Translations under genes and position numbers: made by a program | Part shown: piece after piece, positions 17,290 through 25,308 of the stretch | Position numbering within the stretch: the first letter of the stretch is position 1 | Layout of the letters: each line of letters starts with the position of its first letter | The notes under the pieces: model-generated | The model's database searches: none | What the model saw: only the letters and a program-made list of their open reading frames with translations | Told to the model about the DNA's origin: nothing | NCBI GenBank assembly: GCA_038320275.1 | Contig: JBBQEB010000044.1 | Span: 1-25,308, forward strand | Origin: Myxococcales bacterium | GTDB taxonomy: Bacteria; Myxococcota; Myxococcia; Myxococcales; Anaeromyxobacteraceae | DNA length: 25,308 bases | Direction: 5' to 3'

Positions 17290-17371
17290 AGATCGGCCAG
17301 GGCGGTGGCGAAGAGGGGGATGCGCGTGGGCCGGTGCGACAGAGGAGGGCGCAGCCCTCCGCCGATCGGCG

Positions 17372-18778
17372 CTACGACGCGCGCGCGGAAGGCTGGGCGC
17401 GGGCGGAGCCTTCGGACTCGACGCCCAACCGCTTGAGCTTCGCGAGGAGCCCGACGCGCGAGATCCCGAGGATGCGCGCTGCCGCGCTGCGGTTGCCCTT
17501 CGTGTGCTGGAGCACGGAGCGGATGTGCTCGGCCTCCACGTCTGCCAGCGACTTCACCTCGCCCGCGGGCACGCGCACGTCGCGTGCGGCGGAAGCCCTG
17601 CGAAGGTGCGGTGGCAGCGAGCCAAGGCTCAAGATGTCGGTCTTCTCGAGCACCACGGCGCCCGCGATCACGTTCTCCAGCTCGCGGAGATTGCCGGGGA
17701 AGTCGTAGCCCTCGAGGAGCTCCATGACCTCCTCCGAGATGCCCTCGATCTGCTTGCCGTTCTGGCGGCAGTAGCGGTCGAGGAAGTAGTGCGAGAGCAG
17801 CTCGACATCGCCCTTCCGCTCCCGCAGGGGCGGGACGAAGATGGAGCTGATGTCGAGGCGGTAGTAGAGGTCGCGGCGGAAGCGGCCCGCCTCGATCTCC
17901 GCGTCGAGGTCCTTGTTGGTGGCGGCGAGGACCCGCACGTCGGCGCCCCGCTTCTTCGTCGAGCCCACCCGGAAATACTCACCGCTCTGCAGGACCCGCA
18001 GGAGCTTGGCCTGCACCGACAGCTCGAGCTCTCCCACCTCGTCGAGGAAGAGCGTTCCGCCGTCTGCCTCCTCGAAGAGCCCGGCGCGGGTGGCGTCGGC
18101 GCCGGTGAACGCCCCCCGCTCGTGCCCGAAGAACTGGGCGTCGAAGAGGCTCGCTGCGAAGGCGGCCGCGTTCACCGCCACGAAGGGCTTGGCCGCCCGG
18201 GCGCTGAGCTGGTGGATGGCGCGCGCGACGAGCTCCTTGCCGGTGCCGCTCTCTCCCCAGATGAGGACGTTGTTGTCGCTCTGCGCGATCTGCTCCACGC
18301 TGGAGAGCGTCCGCATGAGCTTCTCGTCGCCCGTCACGAAGCTCTTGAAGGCCTCCTTGAAGCGGGCCCCCTGGTTCCCGACGTGCTCGCGCAGGCGGGT
18401 CAGCTCCTCGCGCATGCGGGCCCGCTCGAGGGCCCGGTCGATGCAGGTGACGAGGCGGCTCGCGTCCACCGGCTTGCACAGATAGTCATAGGCCCCGAGC
18501 TTCATCGCCTCCACGGCCAGCTGCACGTCGCCCACCCCGGTGATGACGATGACCTCCAGCCCCGGGTAGTGGCGGCGCACGTGCCGGAGGACGTCCATCC
18601 CGGAGACCACCGGCATGTCCATGTCCAGCAGGACGAGGTCGAACGGCTGCGCCGCGAGCGTGGCGGCGGCCTGGGTGCTGTCCGACAGCGCCACCACCTC
18701 GAACCGGCGGGCCTGCTTCAGCTCCACCAGGAAGCAGTTCAGCACCGCCCGGTCATCGTCCAGCATCAGGATGCGCAT
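17372..18778 (-). CDS. Sigma54-dependent response regulator (NtrC family: REC-AAA+-Fis HTH)
   Basis: MRILMLDDD receiver, GESGTGKE Walker A, GAFTGA, FLDEVGEL Walker B, RFRRDLYYRL, FPGNLRELEN and GNRSAAARILGISR HTH. Real start is ATG 18778. Confidence 0.95.
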   Translation of the reverse strand: MRILMLDDDRAVLNCFLVELKQARRFEVVALSDSTQAAATLAAQPFDLVLLDMDMPVVSGMDVLRHVRRHYPGLEVIVITGVGDVQLAVEAMKLGAYDYLCKPVDASRLVTCIDRALERARMREELTRLREHVGNQGARFKEAFKSFVTGDEKLMRTLSSVEQIAQSDNNVLIWGESGTGKELVARAIHQLSARAAKPFVAVNAAAFAASLFDAQFFGHERGAFTGADATRAGLFEEADGGTLFLDEVGELELSVQAKLLRVLQSGEYFRVGSTKKRGADVRVLAATNKDLDAEIEAGRFRRDLYYRLDISSIFVPPLRERKGDVELLSHYFLDRYCRQNGKQIEGISEEVMELLEGYDFPGNLRELENVIAGAVVLEKTDILSLGSLPPHLRRASAARDVRVPAGEVKSLADVEAEHIRSVLQHTKGNRSAAARILGISRVGLLAKLKRLGVESEGSARAQPSARAS

Positions 18779-20241
18779 TCGGCTCCGCTCCGCTCGACGG
18801 GGAGCAGGAAGTGGAACACCGTCCCCTCCCCCACCTGCGTGTCCACCTCGATCTGCCCGCCGTGCTGCTGGATGATCCCGTAGGTGATGGAGAGCCCGAG
18901 GCCGGTCCCGCCGGTCCGCTGGCGGGTGGTGAAGAACGGGTCGAAGATCTTGTCCTCCACCTCGGGGGCGATCCCGGTGCCGTCGTCCTCGATGGAGAGC
19001 CGGACCCTTCCGGTGTCCTGCTCGTTCCGGGTGCGGATGCGGATGTGACCGCCCTGGCCCAGCGACTGCGCCGCGTTCTCCAGCGTGTTCAGCACCACCT
19101 GCTGGATCTGCGTGCGGCTCCCGCGGAGTCGCGGCAGCTCCGGCTCGAGGTCCTCTTCCACGGCGAACCGCTTCAGCTGGTTGTGGAGGAGCCGCAGGGA
19201 GGTGTGAACGGCCTCGTTCAGGTCCACCGACTCGTCCAGGCGGCCCTCGTCCTTGCGGGCGAAGGTCTTGAGGTCGCGGACGATGGCGCCGATCCGCGCC
19301 GCGCCGTCCGCCATGTCCTCGAGGAGGAGGGGCACGTGAGATCGGAAGAACGGGTAGTCGAGCCGCGCCACCCGGAGGGTGGGGTCGGCCGCGTACCGCT
19401 CGTCGAGCAGCGGGAGCACGTCGGAGAAGGCCTCTGCGAGGACCGTCATGTTGCCGTGGATGAACTGGACGGGATTGTTGATCTCGTGGGCGATCCCCGC
19501 GACGAGCTGCCCGAGCGATGCCTGCTTCGCGGCCTGCACGAGCTGCCGCTGCTTCTCGGTGAGCGTGGTGTTGGCGCTTTCGAGGTCGCGCGAGCTCACC
19601 ACGAGCTTCTCCTTGGCGAGGACGAGCTGAGCCTCGCGCATCCGCAGACCGTCGACGATGGAGGTGGTGATGTAGATGGTGCTGAACAGGGTGGCGAGGA
19701 ACGCCGCGGACGCCACTACCAGGTAGGGCAGGTGAGCGTGCCGCGAGATGACCTCGGGGACGCCGGTAGGATCGTGATGGGCGATGATGCCCGCTGCTTC
19801 CAGGATCACGCCCGCCGAGAAGAGCGCGAAGGCGGAGAGCCCGACGAGCCAGGCGTCGCGCTTCGACATGAGCATGCTGCCGACGATGGCGTGGAACAGG
19901 TAGAAGCAGGTGAAGGGGCTCTCCGCCCCGCCCGCGAAGTGGTTGAGGACGGTCAGCGCCACCAGGTCGAGCGCGATCTGGAGCCCGGCTTCGAACCTGC
20001 CCGCGTGAAGGTCGGGGAGCGGGCGCTCTCGCAGCCGCTGGTGATTGGCGAGGAGCGCCAGGTTGTAGGCGAGCACCACTGCGCCGACCAGGGCCGCCAG
20101 CGCGGCGGGAAACTCGACGCGAAAGGCGAATCGGCCGCTCAGGATCGCCACGGCCAGCCCGGCGAGGAACAACCAGCGCACCCGGATGAACCAGCCGAGG
20201 CGGCGGTGGAGCTCCTCGTTGGGAAGCGCGACGTTGGGCAT
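18766..20241 (-). CDS. Membrane-bound sensor histidine kinase (NtrB-like transmitter)
   Basis: About 6 N-terminal TM helices; H-box AGIAHEINNP, N-box, DDGTGI, FDPFFTT and GTGLGL. GGAGG SD; overlaps the regulator start by 13 nt. Confidence 0.94.
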   Translation of the reverse strand: MPNVALPNEELHRRLGWFIRVRWLFLAGLAVAILSGRFAFRVEFPAALAALVGAVVLAYNLALLANHQRLRERPLPDLHAGRFEAGLQIALDLVALTVLNHFAGGAESPFTCFYLFHAIVGSMLMSKRDAWLVGLSAFALFSAGVILEAAGIIAHHDPTGVPEVISRHAHLPYLVVASAAFLATLFSTIYITTSIVDGLRMREAQLVLAKEKLVVSSRDLESANTTLTEKQRQLVQAAKQASLGQLVAGIAHEINNPVQFIHGNMTVLAEAFSDVLPLLDERYAADPTLRVARLDYPFFRSHVPLLLEDMADGAARIGAIVRDLKTFARKDEGRLDESVDLNEAVHTSLRLLHNQLKRFAVEEDLEPELPRLRGSRTQIQQVVLNTLENAAQSLGQGGHIRIRTRNEQDTGRVRLSIEDDGTGIAPEVEDKIFDPFFTTRQRTGGTGLGLSITYGIIQQHGGQIEVDTQVGEGTVFHFLLPVERSGAECAS

Positions 20242-20416
20242 GATGCGCCTCCGATGCGCGCCCGCCGACGGGCGCCGCCGCGCTCCTCCAGGAGGCGGGC
20301 GTCACAGGCGACCCTACAAGGTTCACCGGCGGAGGATGCCGTGGCAAAGGGCCACGGTGGCGAGGAACCTCAGCCGGGTCGGGCTGGCCCGCTCGGTGGC
20401 AAGGCGCGGCGCGAGG

Positions 20417-20635
20417 TCACTCCCGCGCCTCGAACCAGGGCAATCCGAGCACGAACATCGCGATTGCGGCCAGCCCCACGATCCCCGAGACGAGCGCGAT
20501 CACGAACAAGACCGCACCCGTGGCGCCGAAGGCCTGGACAGACAGACGCAGCAGCGCTCCGCCAAGGCCGGCGAGCACCAGGGCCACCCCAAACAGGGGC
20601 AAGCGAAAGCGAGCCGAAACTTTGACGTGAGCCAT
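20417..20635 (-). CDS. Small hypothetical membrane protein (72 aa, 2 TM)
   Basis: Two hydrophobic helices; TACATT -10-like box 8 nt upstream of ATG. Confidence 0.6.
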   Translation of the reverse strand: MAHVKVSARFRLPLFGVALVLAGLGGALLRLSVQAFGATGAVLFVIALVSGIVGLAAIAMFVLGLPWFEARE

Positions 20636-20759
20636 CTTCGGTGAATGTAGGGACCGAGCCTCCTCCGCAGTAAGCTCAAAAACGCCCGGAACCTCTCAGG
20701 GGCTGGCGCAGACGGACCGAAAAAGGGAGGTTGGCGCGGACTTGCGCACTGCTGCTTCC

Positions 20760-21968
20760 ATGCCCGCCCATCCGACCCCTCGGAGCCGCAGGCTCGAGGC
20801 CGCCGCCCTGCTGATCGCCACCGTCGCGGTTTACTCCGACATCTACATCACCCAGCCCATCCTGCCGCTGCTCTCGCGGCAGTTCAGCCTCTCCCCGGCG
20901 CGGGCGGGGCTCAGCGTGTCGGCGGTGGTGCTCGCCATCGCCATGGGCTCCACCTTCGTCGGCCCGCTCTCCGACGCGCTGGGACGCAAGCGGGTCATGG
21001 TCGGAAGCGCGCTCCTCCTGGCCGTGCCCACGCTCCTCTGCGGGTTTGCCCGGTCCTTCGAGGAGCTGCTGGTGCTCCGGGCCGCGCAGGGCTTCTGCAT
21101 CCCGGGCGTGAGCGCCGTCTCCATCGCCTACGCCGGCGATCACGTCGAGCGCCGGCGCCTCCCTTCCGTGGTGGGCGGCATCATCGCGGCGGGCGTCATG
21201 GGCGGGCTCATCGGACGCGTGGGCTCCGGGCTCGTCACGGCCGCGTTCGGCTGGCGCAGCGCGTTCTTCACCTTCGCCGCGACGACGGTCCTCGCCGCCG
21301 CGATCCTCGCGGGCGGGCTCTCGGGGGTGCGCGTCGTCGAGAGGGTGGGCTGGGTGCGCGCCTACGGCGGCATGCTGCGCCACCTGCTCGACCGGCGGCT
21401 GGTGGGGGCCTTCACCATCGGCTTCTCGCTCTTCTTCGGATTCATCGGCATCTTCACGTACCTGCCGTACCTGCTGGAAGCTCCACCGTACCGCCTGGGT
21501 ACCGCTCAGATCTCGAGCGTCTACCTGGTCTACCTGGCGGGAGTGGTGGTCTCGCCCGTGGCGGGCCGGCTCTCCGGCCGATTCACGCCGCGGGCCATCA
21601 TGGCGGTCGGGTTCCTGGTCGCGATGACGGGCATGCTCATGACGACCTTGCCGGCGCTACCCGCCATCGCCGCCGCCTTGATCGTGCTCTGCCTCGGCAT
21701 GTTCACCACGCAGGCGGTGGCGCCCTCCTTCGTGAACGCGAGCGCGACCACCGCCAAGGGAGGGGCGAACGCGCTGTACCTCTCGTCCTATTACGTCGGC
21801 GGCACCTTCGGATCGTCGCTTCCGGGCCTCGCATGGCAAGCGTGGCGCTGGCCTGGCGTGGTGGCCTGCTGCATGGCGTCGATGGCCGTCGGACTGCTCG
21901 CCGACCTCGTGCTGTGCGGTCCCGCGCGCTCGAGCGCCGCTCAGAACGCCTCGTCGAACGAGATGTAG
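20760..21968 (+). CDS. MFS transporter (YnfM-like)
   Basis: YITQPILP, motif A GPLSDALGRKRVM, LRAAQG, FTYLPY and ANALYLSSYYVGG. Start may instead be TTG 20742, which follows GGGAGG. Confidence 0.9.
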   Translation: MPAHPTPRSRRLEAAALLIATVAVYSDIYITQPILPLLSRQFSLSPARAGLSVSAVVLAIAMGSTFVGPLSDALGRKRVMVGSALLLAVPTLLCGFARSFEELLVLRAAQGFCIPGVSAVSIAYAGDHVERRRLPSVVGGIIAAGVMGGLIGRVGSGLVTAAFGWRSAFFTFAATTVLAAAILAGGLSGVRVVERVGWVRAYGGMLRHLLDRRLVGAFTIGFSLFFGFIGIFTYLPYLLEAPPYRLGTAQISSVYLVYLAGVVVSPVAGRLSGRFTPRAIMAVGFLVAMTGMLMTTLPALPAIAAALIVLCLGMFTTQAVAPSFVNASATTAKGGANALYLSSYYVGGTFGSSLPGLAWQAWRWPGVVACCMASMAVGLLADLVLCGPARSSAAQNASSNEM

Positions 21969-23119
21969 TACGCCGGAGCGCCCTGACCGGCGTAGCCGGC
22001 CTCCACTCGCAGGACGACGGCGCGGTTCAGCATCAGGCGCCCGCCCCCGAACACCCCCGCGCCCGCCACCGCCGCGCGCCCGGGATCCCGCGCCCGACCG
22101 GCGTCGGCGCCGGCCGAAAGGCCCCATTCCTGGAGCGCGCCGAAGAGGTGGCTCGCGGCGAGGAAGGCGCGCAGCTCGAAGCCTGCCAGGAGCTTCTCCT
22201 CGCCCGAGAGGCGGTCGCGCGCCAGGCCGCGGATCGTCCCGGAGCCGCCCAGCCCTTCACCGTAGGTGATTCCCTCGTACTGCGTGCGCTCGAAGAAGGG
22301 CACGTCGCCCCGCTTCAGGTCGTAGAGCGCCCGTCCGGCCAGCACCACCCCCGGCGCGAGCTCGGCGTAGGCGCGCACCCCCGCGTCGAAGCCGTAGAAA
22401 CGGTGGTCGGAGAGGGGAGCCGCGCTGGGGGACGCGAAGCCCGACAGGTCCGCGAGAACGCCGCTGCGCGGAGAGGCGACCCGATCGCGGGTGTCGTGGA
22501 CGAGGCCGGCGTGAAAAAGCGTGGAGGAGGCGCCTCGGAAGCCCGGTGGGGCCTCGCGGAGGAGGAGCGCAGGCGGCTCGTCGACCGACACGTGCGTGTA
22601 GCGGACGCGCGTCCACCAGCCGAGGCCCCCCAGGAGCGGACCTCGCAAGATCGCCGAGAGCCAGGGCGAGGTTGCCTTGTAGCGGTAAGGCTCCGGCGGC
22701 GACCCGGCGCCGGGCGAGACGCCGAGGCCGCCCAGCCCCGCCCCCTCCCCCCAGTACGGCGCGCTGGTGTCGAGCGAGCCCTTGGCCTGGACGAAGGTGC
22801 GGAGCGGCGTGCCGGCGACGCGCAGGAGCTCGCCCTTCAGCTCCACGCTGCGTGGACCGCGCGTGGTGTAGGAGAGCCCCAGTGCGGCCCAGTCGGAGCG
22901 CTCCCCTGCGGCATCGAGCCGGTACACGTAGGCGGCCCCGCCCGCCTGCACCCCGATGTCGCTTCCGTAGGAGACGAGCGGGATGCCGGTGACGTGGATC
23001 TCACCGGACGGGTGCGGCGCCGCGGGCTCGGGCGCCGGGGCGGGGGCGGAAGGGGAGGTCGGCGCGGCCTGGCCCGCCGCGGAGCCCAGCGCGAGTGCCA
23101 GCAGGACGTGCGAGAGCAT
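21941..23119 (-). CDS. Omp85 (BamA/TamA-family) outer-membrane beta-barrel protein without POTRA domains
   Basis: Signal peptide and Pro/Ala linker, then PLVSYGSDIG, HDTRD...PRSG, LGGSGTIRG (loop-6 RG motif) and terminal strand YYISFDEAF ending in Phe. Confidence 0.8.
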   Translation of the reverse strand: MLSHVLLALALGSAAGQAAPTSPSAPAPAPEPAAPHPSGEIHVTGIPLVSYGSDIGVQAGGAAYVYRLDAAGERSDWAALGLSYTTRGPRSVELKGELLRVAGTPLRTFVQAKGSLDTSAPYWGEGAGLGGLGVSPGAGSPPEPYRYKATSPWLSAILRGPLLGGLGWWTRVRYTHVSVDEPPALLLREAPPGFRGASSTLFHAGLVHDTRDRVASPRSGVLADLSGFASPSAAPLSDHRFYGFDAGVRAYAELAPGVVLAGRALYDLKRGDVPFFERTQYEGITYGEGLGGSGTIRGLARDRLSGEEKLLAGFELRAFLAASHLFGALQEWGLSAGADAGRARDPGRAAVAGAGVFGGGRLMLNRAVVLRVEAGYAGQGAPAYYISFDEAF

Positions 23120-23155
23120 GGGGCGGGTGAGAGGCGCGTCCGCGGGGAGACCGGC

Positions 23156-24343
23156 TCAGTCCGCGTAGGCCGCGGTGGCGGCGGACAGCGCGGCGCCGGG
23201 CGCGCTCTTCCGGCCGCCCTTCGCGAGCTCGATCTCCAGCGCCGCCAGCACGGCGAGGACGTTCGCCTTCTGCGCCGACTCGCCCATGAGGCCGATGCGC
23301 CACACCTTGCCGGCGAGCGGGCCGAGCCCTCCGCCGATCTCGATCCCGTGCTCGAGGAGGAGCGCGTTGCGGATGGGAGCCTCGGGCACGCCCGAGGGCG
23401 TCTTCACGCAGTTGAGGCTGGGGAGCCGGTGGCCCTCGGCAGCGTTGGGGACGCAGCCCAGCGCGGCGAGGCCGGCCATGAGCGCGGCAGAGTGCCGGCG
23501 GTGGCGGGCGAAGCGCGCCGGCAGGCCCTCCTCCACCACGATGCGCAGCGCCTCGCGCAGCGCGTACACCATGCTGATGGGCGCGGTGTGGTGGTACGCC
23601 CGCTTCCCCTCCGCCCAGTAGTCCGCGATCAGCGAGAGGTCGAGATACCAGCTCTGCGCCTTGCTCCTGCGCGCCCGCACCACCTCCAGCCCGAGCGGCG
23701 AGAGCGTGAGCGGCGCGAGCCCGGGAGGGCAGGAGAGACACTTCTGGGTTCCCGAGTAGCAGACGTCTACCCCGTTGCGGTCGAGCTCCACGGGGACGCC
23801 TCCCAGGGAGGTGACGGTGTCGAGCACGAACAGCGCCCCGTGGTCGTGGCAGAGCTGGCCGATCCCTTCGAGCGGTTGCTGCGCGCCGGTGGAGGTCTCG
23901 GCGTGCACGAGCGCCACGGCCTTCACCTTGCCCTCGCGCTTCAGCGCCTCCTCGATGCGGCCGGGCTCGATGATGTCGCCCCAGGGCGCCTCCAGCTTCA
24001 CGAGCTTGCCGCCGCACCGGCCGACGATGTCGGCCATGCGCGTGCCGAAGACGCCGTTCACGCCGACGATGACCGTGTCGCCGGGCTCCACCACGTTGAC
24101 CAGCGCGGCCTCCATGCCGGCCGAGCCCGTGCCGGAGATGGCGATGGTGAAGGGGTTCGTGGTCTCGAAGACCGTCCGCAGCATCGCCTGGACGTCGTTC
24201 ATGATGACCAGGAACTCGGGGTCGAGGTGTCCCACCAGCGGCGTGGACATCGCGCGCAGCACGCGCGGGCTGACCATGCTCGGGCCAGGGCCGAGCAGGA
24301 GACGCGGCGAGGGGTTGAGCTCGGGATAGGCGTGGGTAGCCAT
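23156..24343 (-). CDS. Alanine--glyoxylate/serine--pyruvate aminotransferase (class V PLP)
   Basis: LLLGPGPS, ISGTGSAGMEA, VHAETSTG, DTVTSLGG, SGTQKCLSCPPG (PLP Lys), YHHTAP and WRIGLMG. AGGAG SD. Confidence 0.94.
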   Translation of the reverse strand: MATHAYPELNPSPRLLLGPGPSMVSPRVLRAMSTPLVGHLDPEFLVIMNDVQAMLRTVFETTNPFTIAISGTGSAGMEAALVNVVEPGDTVIVGVNGVFGTRMADIVGRCGGKLVKLEAPWGDIIEPGRIEEALKREGKVKAVALVHAETSTGAQQPLEGIGQLCHDHGALFVLDTVTSLGGVPVELDRNGVDVCYSGTQKCLSCPPGLAPLTLSPLGLEVVRARRSKAQSWYLDLSLIADYWAEGKRAYHHTAPISMVYALREALRIVVEEGLPARFARHRRHSAALMAGLAALGCVPNAAEGHRLPSLNCVKTPSGVPEAPIRNALLLEHGIEIGGGLGPLAGKVWRIGLMGESAQKANVLAVLAALEIELAKGGRKSAPGAALSAATAAYAD

Positions 24344-24393
24344 GGTTCTCCTGGGGAGGTGGTCGCGGCGTGGAGTGGGGAAAGTGGGCGCTC

Positions 24394-24399
24394 ATCATA
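24394..24399 (-). promoter_or_regulatory. Sigma70-type -10 box TATGAT for the aminotransferase
   Basis: Near-consensus hexamer in a very GC-rich divergent intergenic region, about 50 nt upstream of ATG. Confidence 0.5.
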
Positions 24400-24432
24400 G
24401 CCCCCCGGGGTGCGCCCGGCGCGGGGACTCGC

Positions 24433-25308
24433 GTGGACATCCCCGCCCGTCCGATCCACCCTCCCGCCCTCATGGAGCATCCCCCGCCCTCCCGCGACGG
24501 CCAGCGCGTCCTCCTCGTCGTCTCCCTCGGCCTCGCCGTCCGGCTCGTCATCGCCGCGCTCGTCCCGCTGACCACCGATGAGGCCTATTACGTCGACTGG
24601 GCCCGCCATCTGGCCCCGGGCTACCTCGATCACCCGCCGCTCGTCGCGTGGCTCATCGCCGGCTCGCTCCGGCTCTTCGGCCACCACGAGCTCGCGGTGC
24701 GACTCCCCGCCGTGCTCCTGCAGGCCGGCACGGCGCTCCTCGCCGCTTCGCTCGCGCGCGCCTGGGCGGGTCCCCGCGCCGCGCTGGCCGCAGCGGTGCT
24801 CCTGCAGGGCGCGCCGGTGTTCTCGCTGGGCGCCATGCTCGCGACGCCGGACGCGTCGCTCGCCTTCGGCTGGGTGGGCGCGCTGTGGGCTTTCGATCGG
24901 GCGCTCACCCGCAACCCGCGCTGGTTCCTCCTCGCCGGCGTGTTTTTGGGGTCGGCGGCGCTCTCCAAGCTCTCCGCCGGCCTCCTCGGGGTCGGCCTCC
25001 TCGCTGCCCTCCTCGCCACGGCGGCCGGCCGGCGCGCGCTTCGCTCTCCCTGGCCCTGGGCGGGAGGATGTGTGGCGGTGACCGTCGCCTCGCCCATGCT
25101 GCTCTGGAACGCGTCCCGCGGCTGGCCTTCCCTCGCCTTCCAGGCGCACCACGGGATGCGCGGCGGCGGCTTCTCGGCCCTCCGGCTCCTTGGCTCCCTG
25201 GGCGCGCAGGCTGGCTACGTCTCGCCCATCCTCTTCGGGCTCGCCGCCGCTGCCGGGCTGCGCGCGCTGCGGGGGCTCGCCGTTGAGGAGCGCCCCGCCC
25301 GCGTGGCT
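24433..25308 (+). CDS. Glycosyltransferase family 39 / ArnT-PMT-like membrane protein; partial, runs off the window and is absent from the ORF track
   Basis: Manual translation gives ...LVPLTTDEAYYVDWARHLAPGYLDHPPLVAWLI...LAVRLP...ATPD...ALSK...PMLLWNA. Start is GTG 24433 (GGGGA upstream) or in-frame ATG 24472. Confidence 0.88.
   Translation, partial: MDIPARPIHPPALMEHPPPSRDGQRVLLVVSLGLAVRLVIAALVPLTTDEAYYVDWARHLAPGYLDHPPLVAWLIAGSLRLFGHHELAVRLPAVLLQAGTALLAASLARAWAGPRAALAAAVLLQGAPVFSLGAMLATPDASLAFGWVGALWAFDRALTRNPRWFLLAGVFLGSAALSKLSAGLLGVGLLAALLATAAGRRALRSPWPWAGGCVAVTVASPMLLWNASRGWPSLAFQAHHGMRGGGFSALRLLGSLGAQAGYVSPILFGLAAAAGLRALRGLAVEERPARVA

Noticed and set aside
17372..20347. 991-aa ORF that looks like a giant sensor-regulator fusion
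   Set aside because: Its first ~520 codons are an Arg/Pro-rich off-frame reading of the kinase gene. The real regulator starts at ATG 18778.
20686..20730. GGAACCTCTCAGG upstream of the MFS gene resembles the 3' part of a glycine riboswitch aptamer
   Set aside because: The 5' elements (GGAGA...CCGAAG) and a second aptamer are not visible, and the space is short. An Rfam scan would settle it.
2499..23119. Patatin plus Omp85 barrel as a split type Vd (PlpD-like) secretion system
   Set aside because: The genes are about 18 kb apart, the patatin has no signal peptide and no POTRA domain is present.
1..25308. CRISPR arrays, tRNA, rRNA, integrase or defence genes
   Set aside because: No regularly spaced repeats, cloverleaf motifs or corresponding protein motifs were seen by eye.

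Overview
A very GC-rich bacterial window. The gene content (sigma54 two-component system, POTRA-less Omp85, glgX, HybA/HybB-type proteins) suggests Myxococcota, possibly Anaeromyxobacter-like; this is inference, not a database result. It holds about 23 credible CDSs: two TPM-domain genes (one partial), an XRE-cupin regulator, a CheY-like receiver, a patatin, YihY, a duplicated DASS/SLC13 carboxylate transporter, a third ion-transporter-superfamily permease, an EEP phosphodiesterase, glgX, fdhD, an MFS transporter, an Omp85 barrel, an alanine-glyoxylate aminotransferase and a partial GT39 glycosyltransferase. Two regions stand out. (1) 14347-20241 on the minus strand: a sensor kinase and NtrC-type activator sit upstream of a good sigma54 promoter. 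That promoter precedes a small membrane protein, a Tat-exported HybA-like ferredoxin and a HybB/NrfD membrane anchor, but no hydrogenase catalytic subunits. Only a possible few-codon remnant of the large subunit follows, converging on fdhD. (2) 4927-8744: a ~1.46-kb direct duplication of the SLC13 gene together with a ~165-nt leader whose stems are kept while loops diverge. Several genes also show a -10 box 6 nt before the start codon, suggesting leaderless transcripts. I saw no rRNA, tRNA, CRISPR array or transposase.
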